A program made the position numbers and the translations under genes. A stretch of 64,000 bases of DNA from Octopus sinensis. Lineage: Eukaryota. The notes beneath the pieces were generated by a model. That model was not told the DNA's origin. It did no database searches and saw nothing but the letters and a program-made list of their open reading frames with translations. The first letter of the stretch is position 1, and each line of letters opens with the position of its first letter. This document shows positions 26,570-38,042 of the stretch, in pieces. Where the stretch lies: contig NC_042997.1 of the NCBI RefSeq assembly GCF_006345805.1, positions 129,952,001 to 130,016,000 of the forward strand, given 5' to 3'.

Positions 26570-27132
26570 CAGGGTTGGCTTTAAGCTAATTAAACAGATT
26601 TGTTTAAATTGGGCCCCACAAGAGAGGGCCCCAAGCAGAAGCTCAAGCATAGGGTCCTATGATGAATTAAACATTTCCTCCTGCCAGCCCTATGTTAACA
26701 GTTGCATCAGGTGAAAGAAGTTTTTCAAAACTAAAACTAATTAAAATACAACAGTCAACAATTTCAAAACAGAGACTAAATAATTTGGTGATGCTATCTG
26801 TAGAAAATGACATTACAAAAATCATTGATTTTGAAATGATTTTGAAAGAATTCTCATAAAAAAGCCAGAATAGCCTGTTTTTAGAAGGCTTATTCACAAA
26901 CAGTATGTCAGTAATAATCTTGACTTGTAATAAAACATTAAAACTTTCGTATGAGCTTTCAATTTTTTGTATATCATTGTAGCTAACGGTGGACCCTCAA
27001 TCCTTCAATGCTTTTTGACTGAAACTGGTGTAGTATGTGAAGCATAAAACATCAGTCTTCAGCTTTGTAGAGTAGAAGGACCCCCACTGACAATTCTCTA
27101 ATTGGGCCCCATGCTTCCTAGTGCCAACCCTA
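26570..27132 (+). mobile_element. Internally deleted hAT transposon
   Basis: TIRs CAGGGTTGGC / GCCAACCCTA, subterminal AATTGGGCCCCA twice, 8-bp TSD tgtacaac/tgtgcaat (6 of 8 match). Confidence 0.8.
26689..26859 (+). pseudogene. hAT C-terminal dimerisation domain remnant
   Basis: PMLTVASGERSFSKLKLIK...RLNNLVMLSVENDITKIIDFEMILKEFS*. Confidence 0.85.
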
Positions 27133-27615
27133 TGTGCAATGACACTGTACTAATAATGTTGTAGAATGACTCTGCAGTAATAATGTTATGCAATGACTCA
27201 ATATTGACAATGGCACTTCTTTCATTTCTTTACTTAGCATCTGTTTTTCATGCTTGCATGCATTTGATGAGGAATTTTTGAGGAAGGAGGTTATGGGTGG
27301 ATAATCTTCTTATTGGCAACCCGTAGCTGTTTTACAGCTAAGAGATATTTTACTCCAACAGTCTTCGAAAGCACAGAACAATTGATCATAATGTCAACCA
27401 GAAATGTCAGTATCAACACTGTTTCACTCAAGTGGCAACAAACATGAAATACCAACACTCATGCATATTTTTGCACATAAACGCACTTATAGATATGCGT
27501 GCACATTTACACACACTCATACACACACACACATGCTCACACACAAGTTCACACACACTTTCACACACACAAGCACAACCACATACATATATACACATAC
27601 AGAGAGGAATGGAGG

Positions 27616-27701
<86 letters not shown>

Positions 27702-27834
27702 CAGGTAGGTAGGTAGGTAGGTAGGTAGGTAGGTAGATAGGTAGGTAGATGGGTAGGTATGTAAGTAGGTAGGTAGGTAGGTAGGTAGGTAGGTAGGTAG
27801 GTAGGTAGGAAGGTAGGTAGGTAGGCAGACAGAT

Positions 27835-27885
<51 letters not shown>

Positions 27886-28545
27886 AAGACAGACAGACAG
27901 ACAGACAGGTAGATAGATAGATAGACCCAATGGACTTCTTGCAGTTTACATCTAGTAAATTCACTCACAAGGCATGCTGTACAATGATATGTTATAGATA
28001 ATATTCAATAATGTAATTGCATTAATAATAATATTGCACAGTAACAGCATATTGAAAGTGTTGTAGAATGTTACTGTAATGATAATGATGTGCTGTAGCT
28101 CCAGATTATCATTTTTCAAGCAGTCCAAAGATACACACGTTTTTGGCCTATCATTCAGGTGTGACCCTTAAATCCATCTTTTTTCAGTTATATCAAATCT
28201 CCACATAGCTGAGGACCATACTGCATACACTCTGATGTACAGAGGTGAATCACATGAGTGCAGCATGGCAATCTGGACATTATACATTCTCTCCAATGTC
28301 AAGTCTATTTCTGTAGGGTCATACAGAAATAGACTTGATCTTGCAGTTTAAGCAACCAGTAAAACATATATTTTTCAGTCTGAAAACGGCTACAAGAAGC
28401 TTGAAACTCATATCAGAGTAACTCACTGTAAACATTATCATTAAGATTAAAATAAAAATCACCCCCTCAAAAAAAAAAACCATTTTTATTCATTCTTTCA
28501 AATATATATAATACTGTACCAAGAACTTTCTCTTTATTATTCTAC

Positions 28546-28591
<46 letters not shown>

Positions 28592-28596
<5 letters not shown>

Positions 28597-28832
28597 ACTT
28601 ATTATATTATATATTGATCATTCATTTTTATACTTTTTGAGATCTTTTTGAGAGTTATACGTTATATGTTTTATAAAAATATATATTATTTATGTTTCAG
28701 TTTATGTCTATCACTGTTTGAGTTGCATAATAGTGGTCTTATCTCTAATTTATATTTTATATATTTATACTGTGAAATTTGATTTAAGACTAAATTGAAT
28801 TTTTCCCTGTAAGTTTGGAGTTATATTCCCTA
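28592..28832. repeat. Second copy of the 4551-4985 family (one arm plus extension only)
   Basis: TGCATAATAGTGGTCTTATCTCTAATTTAT...GTGAAATTTGATTTAAGACTAAATTGAATTTTTCCCTGTAAGTTTGGAG matches 4750-4985. Confidence 0.8.
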
Positions 28833-28882
<50 letters not shown>

Positions 28883-29215
28883 TATGTCGTAAGACACCTG
28901 CTGTTGTCCTGTTATTACCATTCTTGTTTATAATTTTATTTTTGTTTTTTGTATTTATATTCGTGTGGCTTCGTCCGTTTTTCTGTCCTTATTTCGTTTA
29001 CATTCGATCCTTTTTCCAAGAAATCTAATGCTCGCAGCTTGGTTTTTCATTAGGGCTGGCCGTTTCGGAGCAATATCAGGATTAATCAGCCGAAATTTGT
29101 GATGATGATCCGGTTCCTGACTGAAGATTAAAGGCTTCGAATGACCCGTCTGCTTTTTGTGTCATCTCTTTGTGTATTTCACGTTCTTGTCCCTTTTTAT
29201 ATATAATTTTTATAC

Positions 29216-29287
<72 letters not shown>

Positions 29288-30657
29288 ATATATATGAATG
29301 TTTTGGAGATAGGTTTTAATGTAGTGGCAGAGACTTAGAAGAGGATTGAAGCTTATTACAACCACAAACTGTGACTCTCATTTGACCAGAATAAACAAGC
29401 TCCTATGTTGTTACTCAGCCTGCAAGAGTTAGCAGCTATCTTTCTCAGGTATTAACTTATCTTATATTAGATGTTCTAATGACTCTGTTAAACCATTGCC
29501 TTACACATATACATTTATAAATGCATACATGCGCATGTGTTTGTGTTCATGCATGTGTATATTCATGTTGTGTGTGTGTGTGTATGCATGTTTGTGTATT
29601 CTAAAGTTTATCAAGATACTGCAGAGATTCGCAAAGTTTTCTCATTGGTAACATAATTTTTAAAACATAAAATTTTTCATGACATTAATTTATAAACAGC
29701 TAAATATCAAAGCACTTGTGACCAATCATATGTCTAATTATACATAGGCTTCTCAGATCTCAGATGTACTTCACAGCCAAGAATTAGTAAAAATTAATCA
29801 GAGTTGACTTAATTTCATGACACAGCGAAAGATAATCAGTGACATGCTGAAGAGTCATAATGTTTAATTTGGAAGCTTCTATGGCAATATGTGAATGAAA
29901 GGGGAGTATAATGGTTGTCTAAGTAGATGCTTATATATAACAGACGTGTGTTAAGATGTGAAAAACTTGTTTTGGAGACAATCATCAACTGCATATTTCT
30001 GAGAAGTGAAAGAAGCCTGATTCTGACTGAATCTGTCTGTGAAAACTCCTTGATATCTGTGACAACTCAATATTAGTGCCATACTCCTTCATATATCACC
30101 ACCACCGCCACCACCACCACCACCGCTGCCGCCGCCACCACCACCGCCACCACCACCGCCGCCGCCACCACCACTGCCGCCAAGGGTTTCACACTGAAGA
30201 ACAATATATTTGAAAACATCTTGACAAATCTCTCTCCCTCTCTCTCTCTCTTTCTATTTCTTTCTCCAAAAACACTCCTAAATTGTTATCTATGGAAACA
30301 CTACAGGTTTTAGACCGCTGAACCCGGAACAACATGTACGTAATTTTATTCGTCAGGATGCAAATATTTTCAAACATGACACAAATCCTGTTATTAAAGA
30401 AATTATATTAGACAGTAGTAACAGCATGTCGTTATTGTCAAAGATAATGATGATGATGATATTGTTGTTGTTATTGTTTAGTCCTGTGTGAATTTTGATT
30501 GAGCAAATTTCTAATCAAAAGAATTGAAGCCAAAACCATTCCACCCTTCCCACATCATAGTGTAATTTGGACTACATTATGTGATGTGTTAATTTTTTTT
30601 TTTCAAGACTGTCCATCATCATTATCATAATTTAACATCCACTCTCTATACTGGTGT

Positions 30658-30965
30658 GGAGGCACATGACCTAGTGGTTAAAGCAGCGGACTCGTAGTCG
30701 AGGAATCGCGGGTTTGAATCTCAGACCAGGCAATGTGTGTGTTTATGAGCGAAACACCTAAGCTCTATGTGGCTCCAGCAGAAAGTAATGGCGAACTTCT
30801 GCTGATTCTTTCACCACAACTTTCTCTCACTCTTTCCTCCTGCATCTTGCAGCTCACCTGCGACGGACTGGCGTCCTGTCCAGGTGGGAAACCTATATGC
30901 CAAGGAAACCGGGAAACCGGCCCTATGAGCCAGGTATGGCTCAAGAAGGAACAAACAAAACAAAC
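30658..30965 (+). mobile_element. tRNA-derived SINE family B
   Basis: A box TGACCTAGTGGT and B box GGTTTGAATCTC. Same family at 47803-48115, 57692-57995 and 61265-61400 (truncated). Confidence 0.85.
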
Positions 30966-30970
30966 ACTCC

Positions 30971-31480
30971 ATACTGGCATGGATTAGATGGTTTGATTGG
31001 AGCTGATGAGCCAGAGAGCTGTATCATGTTCCAGTCTGGTTTAGCATGGTTTCTACAGTTGGATGCCCTTCCTAACATCAGCCACTCCGAGAGTGTAGTG
31101 GGTTCTTTTATGTGCTACTGGCATGGGTGCCATTTACATGACATCAGCAACAACCATGACTACAATTCACGGGTTGGTGTCACTTACATGGCACCAACAA
31201 CGACCATGACTACGATTCACAGGTGCCATTTTCATGGCACCGCCGATGACCACAATTTCCAGGTGCCAATTTACATGGTACCATCAACAATCACGACTAC
31301 GATGCATGGGTGTCATTTACAGTGGTTCAGCTATTTCTTGTAGACTGATTCTGATCAGACTGCAGCCTGGTGCAGCCTTCTGGCTTGCCAACTCTCAGTC
31401 AAACCATCCAACCCATGCCAGCATGGAAAGCAGACGTTAAATGACGACGATGACAACAATGATGATGATGATGATGATTA
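30971..31480. mobile_element. Head-to-head RTE tails (minus 30971-31320, plus 31345-31480)
   Basis: The terminal block CATGCCAG...CTGGTGCAG is present in both orientations. Confidence 0.65.
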
Positions 31481-31884
31481 TCCTCAAGAAGGCTTGCTTG
31501 TTACTTTGTCCGTAATTTGCTGGTTTCGATGTAAAACAAGTATTTCCTTTTGTATGACTAATAAATGGTTTAACTTCTAAACCTCTATTGACACAGATAA
31601 TGTCTGAAAAATCACTTTATATTTATAGTGAGAAGTAGCATCACAAATACTTATCACTTATTTATTTCGGAGATGTACTTGCATAGCAAGTGACCTGATC
31701 TGAGATCGTGTCCTGGAACGAAAACAATTGCAGTGTGGAACATGTTTATGAGCCATTTAAGAAACACACAAAAACCGTTAGATTCACTTCAACATTTAAA
31801 TTTAATTTGTTGAAATATTTTCATCACTTTGAGACCTCGACCTGTTCACTGACAAAATTCCGTGCTTATTTATTTATCTTTATT

Positions 31885-32330
31885 ATTGCTTATCTTTTAC
31901 TTGCTTCAGTCATTAGACTGCGGCCATGCTGGGCACCACCTCAAAGAAGTATAGTCAAACAAATTGACCCCTGCACTTAGATGTTTTGCCTTTAAGCCTG
32001 GTATTTATTCTGTTGGGGTTTTTTTGCTGGACCACTAAGTTATAGGGACATAAACATGCCAACACCGATTGCCAAGTAGTGGTGGAGGAAAAACAAAGAT
32101 ACACACACGCACACATACATATGACGGACTTCTTTCAGTTTCTGTTAAAAATTTACTTACAAGGCGTAAGAGTGGCTGTGTGGTAAGTAGCTTGTTTACC
32201 AACCACATGGTTCCAGGTTCAGTCCCACTGTGTGGCACCTTGGCAAGTGTCTTCTACTATAGCCTCGGGTCGACCAAAGCCTTGTGAATGGATTTGGTAG
32301 ATGGAAACTGAAAGAAGCCCATCGTATATA

Positions 32331-32365
<35 letters not shown>

Positions 32366-33287
32366 TTGTGTGTGTGCGTGTGTTTGTGTGTCTGTGTTTG
32401 TCCTTCCAACATTGCTTGACAAATGATGCTGGTGTGTTTACGTCACCGTAACTTAGCGGTTCGGCAAAAGAGACTGATAGAATAAGTACTAGGCTTCCAA
32501 AGAATAAGTCCTGGGGTCGATTTGCTCGACTAGAGGTGGTACTCCAGCATGGCCACAGTCAAATGACTGAAACAAGTAAAAGAGTAAAAGAGTAAAGGCT
32601 TTATTAGAAGACACTTTCTCAAGGTACAATACATTGGGACTGAATTTGGACCCGTCCGGTTGGGAAGCAAACTTCTTACCACACAGCCATGTCTACCCTT
32701 ATTGACGTATATATTTTTCAGCATTTGTTTCTCAATTGCCTACAGCTTATAGTTTTCGCAATATTCTCTCTGAATATGAAGAAGGATCAACCTATTGCCC
32801 TCATTCTTCAAAATACAGCAAAGGGGAATCTTTTGACTGTCAGGATACCGCATCATTCAAAAATTCTGTGCTTCTCAAAGTTCACCAATTCAATTCCTGA
32901 CATGCCCTTGTACCTTTCCCTTTTTAGGGCTCTTTTACTTTCCACTTTTCTATCTGCACTTTTAGCTCATTGCTTTTTTTTTTTATACTTGTTTCAGTCA
33001 TTTGACTGTGGCCATGCTGGAGCACCACCTTTAGTCAAGCAAATCAACCCCAGGACTTATTCTTTGTAAGCCTAGTACTTATTCTATCAGTCTCTTTTGC
33101 TGAACTGCTAAGTTACAGGGATGTAAACACACCAGCATCAGTTGTCAAGCGATGTTGGGAGGACAAATACAGACACACACACATCATCATCATCATCGTT
33201 TAACGTCCGTTTTCCGTGCTAGCACCGGTTGGACGGTTCGACTGGGGTCTGGGAAGCCAGGAGGCTTCACCAGGCTCCAGTCTGTTC

Positions 33288-33318
<31 letters not shown>

Positions 33319-33493
33319 TATACATATATACGACGGGCTTCTTTCAGTTTCCATATACCAAATCCACTCACAAGGCTTTGGTCGGCCTGAAGCTATCGTA
33401 GAAGACACTTGCACAAGGTGCCACGCAGTGGGACTGAACGCGAAACCATGTGGTTGGTAAGCAAGCTACTTACCACACAGCCACTCCTGCGCC
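31885..33493. mobile_element. SINE family A cluster: 31885-32135 (-), 32163-32595 (+), 32620-32700 (-), 32986-33493 (-, with nested RTE tail 33183-33287)
   Basis: Full-length copies with GGCGYAGGAGTGGCTGTGTGGTAAG heads and (GAGTAAAA)n tails. Confidence 0.9.
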
Positions 33494-33807
33494 TATCTTT
33501 TTTTTTTACTCTTTACATAACATATTGTTGCTTTCTATCCTCTCTTTTATTCTTTCCTATTGAGTTGTTGAGTTCTTGAACACTCTGTACAGTAAGTTCA
33601 TGATCATCATCATTATATTATTATTTTAATACAATAAATATAAACAAATCAATGTTTGCCTTAGAAGCACTGAAATGTGTATTGTGAGATACAAATAAGA
33701 TGATAATATATTTTCAAATGCACAAGTGCTGAGAGAACAGCAAAGACAGGATAAAATATTCATACAAGGCAGAAAAATATTATTACTATTATTTCTCTTT
33801 ATCACAG

Positions 33808-33927
33808 GTTTTGTTGGAGCTCCTGGGTTCTTGCATGCATAGTGGGCTTGCTACCTGCAGCCTATGGTACCATGCTATCCATTATTTTCAGCTATCTAAT
33901 ATTTTCCTGATTATTCTGGACGTGCCA
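33808..33927 (+). CDS. Candidate internal exon (120 nt, phase 0 to 0)
   Basis: tttctctttatcacag|GTTTTG...GTGCCA|gtaaga; open as VLLELLGSCMHSGLATCSLWYHAIHYFQLSNIFLIILDVP. Product not recognised. Confidence 0.3.
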
Positions 33928-33942
33928 GTAAGATGATTATTA

Positions 33943-34003
<61 letters not shown>

Positions 34004-34257
34004 GGTAGTGAGCTGGCAGAATCGTTAGCACACTGAGCAAAATGCTTAGCAGCTGTTCATCTGTCTCTACGTTTTGTGTAGGTGCTTGCTTTTGGATTCA
34101 TTACCTGTTTCTAATTAAAAAAATTTGTATCAGATGTGGCTCTCCAAAGAAACTTAACAGTGACATCAGAAATTTCTGTTCATTGTAGTAGTATGTATAA
34201 AGAGAGAAGCAAGAACATTCCTATGAAAGTGGCAAGAGTGCCTCTATTAGTGCAGAC

Positions 34258-34520
34258 CAGGTGTGGGCAACTTTTTACAAGAAATGGGTATCATCAGGCG
34301 AACTCCACTACTAAAAACATTCAAGGTAACTTTTTGTTAGCATGTGATTCAAAATGTCCCATGGGCTTCATTGTATCCATGACTTATGTAAGCAATTCTT
34401 TTTAGAGTTCAAAATTTTGATTGTTGTGACTATGAAGACCTTGCCAAATACAAGAATTTGCCTGCAATTTCGCTTTTACTGTTTATGTCTCTAAGCTTGA
34501 TTTTCACATTGTCTGTCTGT
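34258..34520 (-). mobile_element. Possible old hAT (Charlie/SPIN-like) terminus and C-terminal remnant
   Basis: CAGGTGTGGGCAAC terminus-like motif. Antisense fragments VTT...QNFEL.KELLT across frames. Confidence 0.25.
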
Positions 34521-34837
34521 CTCTGTAAATCTGGTCACTTTTAATACACTCCAGATCAAATCTGACTGGACAGATCTGTGGTGGTATCATCACTTGAAAA
34601 TCTGGGAAATGTTTGCATATAATTTTATTGGCTATATTTTTGCCAACACCATTACTCAATCAGCCAAAATTCCGGTTGTTGTTTACAAAGAAATTCCTAA
34701 TTGAAGACAACAGGTCTGGCATTTGAATCAGTGTATAGACCTGTTACAGCTTCAATGATAACTTATCATACCATATATTGATTTTTCTACAATATCTGAA
34801 ACAGAAATTAGAATAGAACTGTGGAATTTACAAATAT

Positions 34838-34847
34838 AATAATAATG

Positions 34848-34903
<56 letters not shown>

Positions 34904-35079
34904 CAAATATAATTTTCGTATGTTTTTTTAGATATTCACTAGTACAACACTAAGTACACAACCAAATATATGGCACCCTAGGCATAACACCAACATGAAC
35001 TTCCAACCTGTTGTCTCTTGAGGTCTCTGGGTGAGACTTGGAGCCAGCTTGTGCAAATGTAAAACAAAAGTCAAACATA

Positions 35080-35170
<91 letters not shown>

Positions 35171-35346
35171 CAAATATAATTTTCGTATGTTTTTTTAGAT
35201 ATTCACTAGTACAACACTAAGTACACAACCAAATATATGGCACCCTAGGCATAACACCAACATGAACTTCCAACCTGTTGTCTCTTGAGGTCTCTGGGTG
35301 AGACTTGGAGCCAGCTTGTGCAAATGTAAAACAAAAGTCAAACATA

Positions 35347-35417
<71 letters not shown>

Positions 35418-35430
35418 TAATAATAATAAA
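34838..35430 (+). repeat. Perfect tandem duplication (period 267) of a ~180-bp block embedded in (AAT)n
   Basis: The blocks starting CAAATATAATTTTCGTATG at 34904 and 35171 are identical, each followed by (AAT)n. Confidence 0.9.
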
Positions 35431-35841
35431 ACTATGAAATTCACAGTTTAGAATTTAACTAAAGTATGAGTCACTATAACTAATTCTACCTGTTTTTTTT
35501 TTTCTTTTTCTGATTTCTTACTTTTCACCATTAACCATTACTTCTTCCCTCATGAACTCTTACAAAATTTTCAAAAGTTATTACATAATGTTGCATAGAG
35601 CAGCATTAAGTGAAATATATTTGTCTAACAACATATTCAGCATGTTTGAGTGTGCTCAGACATGAAAAGACTTTCTGCTGCAGAAATAGCCCCAGGATAA
35701 TATTCTCCACTTAGAGACATGAGAAACACAAGATGGACTGTAAATGATGTTAATGGACCACAGGATGCATGCATTTCTGTGTTGTTTCACTTCATCAGCA
35801 ACAAAACCAAATTAATCAAAAAATAGTTTAATTTATGATTA

Positions 35842-36236
35842 GGCGCAGGAGTGGCTGTGTGGTAAGTAGTTTGCTTACCAACCACATGGTTCCGGATTCA
35901 TTCCCACTGCGTGGCACCTTGGGCAAGTGTCTCCTACTATAGCTGCGAGCCGACCAAAGCAGATTTGGTAGACTGAAACTGAAAGAAGCCTGCCGTATAT
36001 ATGTATGTGTGTGTGTGTATGTTTGTGTCTCTGTGTTTGTCCCACCAACATCGTTTGACAACCGATGCTGGTGTGTTTACATCCCTGTAACTTAGCAGTT
36101 CGGAAAAAGCGACCAATAGAATAAGTACTAGGTTTACAAAGAATAAGTCCTGGGGTCAATTTGCTCGACTAAAGGCGGTGCTCCAGTATGGCCACAGTCA
36201 AATGACTGAAACAAGTAAAAGAGAGTAAAAGAGAGT
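35842..36236 (+). mobile_element. Full-length SINE family A
   Basis: Head, CORE-like block, (GT)n, 3' end GAGAGTAAAAGAGAG. Further copies at 42328-42730 (+), 63307-63730 (-) and 62515-62720 (+, 5' part). Confidence 0.9.
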
Positions 36237-36918
36237 TATGTAAAGTTTCAATGCAGTTGTTTTATTTCTGGTAGTATACCGGAGGAAAGGCAGTGGAAAA
36301 GGTTTATACCAGTCATGTACTAAGGTAGATTCTATTGACTCAATTCTGACAAAATGTATAGCTTTGTGCTAATGTGAAAAACCATTACATCTGGAAAATT
36401 AAAGTCTTGAATCAGTCTTTTGATTTCCTTCCAGCTGGACTACAGCTTTTATCTGACATTAAAATATTTCATCAGAAAACAACAGGTTTTTATCAGACCC
36501 TGTGATAAAAGGGTTTTGCTGTTTCAGTTCATTGTCTCATTAATTCAGCTTCAACTTCTTTAATAACTTAGTCACCATAGTCACTACATCCACTCTAGAG
36601 TCAATACATCTACTCTATAGCCTATACATATCTCTTCAAGATCAATATCTTCAATGTTTTTATGTTCAGTTATTGCATCTCCACATTATGATGTTCAAAC
36701 TGTCACTCCAGGTTATGATGTTGCTGCATTTACAATCATCATTATATTGACAACATTATAACATATTTATTCCATGTTGTTCAGAGAAATTACTATGAAG
36801 TTTCCCTTTCAACTATCAATGTTATCATCTTTTACCTTCCCCTATATCATCATCTCCCTAATCACCTCTTTCTCCATTCACCTGGTTGTCAAGCAGTGGT
36901 GAGTAACATATGCCCACA

Positions 36919-36992
36919 GGCATATGGTGTAGTGGTTAAGAGTGTGGGCTATTAACCCCAAGATTCTGAGTTTGATTCCAAGCAGTGACCTG
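36919..36992 (+). mobile_element. tRNA-derived (Asn-like anticodon arm) Pol III head followed by (AAT)n
   Basis: A box TGGTGTAGTGG, arm GGG-CTATTAA-CCC, B box GAGTTTGATTCC. No acceptor stem, so not a functional tRNA. Confidence 0.6.
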
Positions 36993-37001
36993 AACAATAA
37001 C

Positions 37002-37054
<53 letters not shown>

Positions 37055-37107
37055 CAACATTGAGAAATACCTTATGAATGAGAACCCAGGTTCGAAATTT
37101 CCCCAAG

Positions 37108-37148
37108 ACACCTGATGAAGGCTGGAGGGTATATCAGCCGAAACGTGT
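37108..37148 (+). ncRNA. Hammerhead-like motif with intact core and stem II but no stem III or cleavage triplet
   Basis: ACAC CTGATGA A GGCTG GAGGGTATAT CAGCC GAAA C GTGT. Confidence 0.55.
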
Positions 37149-37306
37149 TTACAACAAACAAGATGAGAACAAATATCCGTCAAATGTAAATAATGCAAAT
37201 AATGTAAATAATGTATATATGCATGCATGTCTGTTTTTTGTCTTGTGTATGCATGCATGTGTGCATATATATGCATGCTTTTGGCACTTATGTGTGTGCA
37301 CATGAC

Positions 37307-37409
37307 ATATGTATGCTAAAGTAATTACAACAGCATTGCCATGGGGAGTGGGGAAATAAGCATATTCCTGTATCTCTCCATTCTGCAATCTGAGGCTGAA
37401 TGAGCTTGG
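37307..37409. repeat. Left arm of a 103-bp inverted repeat (partner 43542-43645)
   Basis: The two arms are reverse complements differing by one substitution and one 1-nt indel. Confidence 0.9.
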
Positions 37410-38042
37410 ATTATATATAAATCAATGCTGCCTGATGTGGTACATAAAAAGCACCATTCAAGTGTGGTTAATGCCAGTGCCACCTGACTGGCTCCCATAC
37501 CAGTGGAACATAAAAAGCACCCACTACACTCTCAGACTGATTGGCGTTAGGAAGGGCATCCAGCTGTAGAAACCTTGCCAAATCAGTTTGGAGCCTGGCG
37601 CAGCCTCCTGCTCTGCCAGTCCTCAGTCAAACCGTTCAACCCATGCCAGTATGGAAAGCAGATGTTAAATGACAATGATGATGATGATGATGATATATAT
37701 ATATATGTACATGTAAGTTAGGGGTTATGGATCCAACCCACTAAGGGATAATATTTATCAATATACTGTTGGTATAATACCCAAATTCTTAATACACAAA
37801 TGTTTTTAATTGCAATGCAATTAACTTATTTATTGTATTAAATGGGTAAAGGTAAAGAAATATTTTACCATTAATTTATAATACAAATAAGAAAATGGAG
37901 AAACAATTTAGTTGGTTCATCAGCTTTCGGATATTACAACGTTGAATTATTTATTCATTTAACAAAAATGAGAACCTTAATAGCATACATATATACATTA
38001 TAATTCAATAAATATAAGATAAAAATACAATTATAAAAATCA

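Noticed and set aside
29040-29150. Hammerhead in the 28886-29205 element (GGCTG...CAGCC GAAA; CTGAAGA...CGAA)
   Set aside because: The core halves do not assemble into one junction.
35633-35740. Minus-strand HLVFLMSLSGEYYPGAISAAESLFMSEHTQTC*
   Set aside because: In-frame stop before any usable donor; no recognisable homology.
36919-36992. Functional tRNA gene
   Set aside because: There is no acceptor stem or terminator and CpG decay is evident; SINE heads elsewhere were rejected for the same reason.
37905-37945. TTCATCAGCTTTCGG (antisense GAAA and CTGATGA)
   Set aside because: The motifs are adjacent in the wrong arrangement, with no stems I or III.
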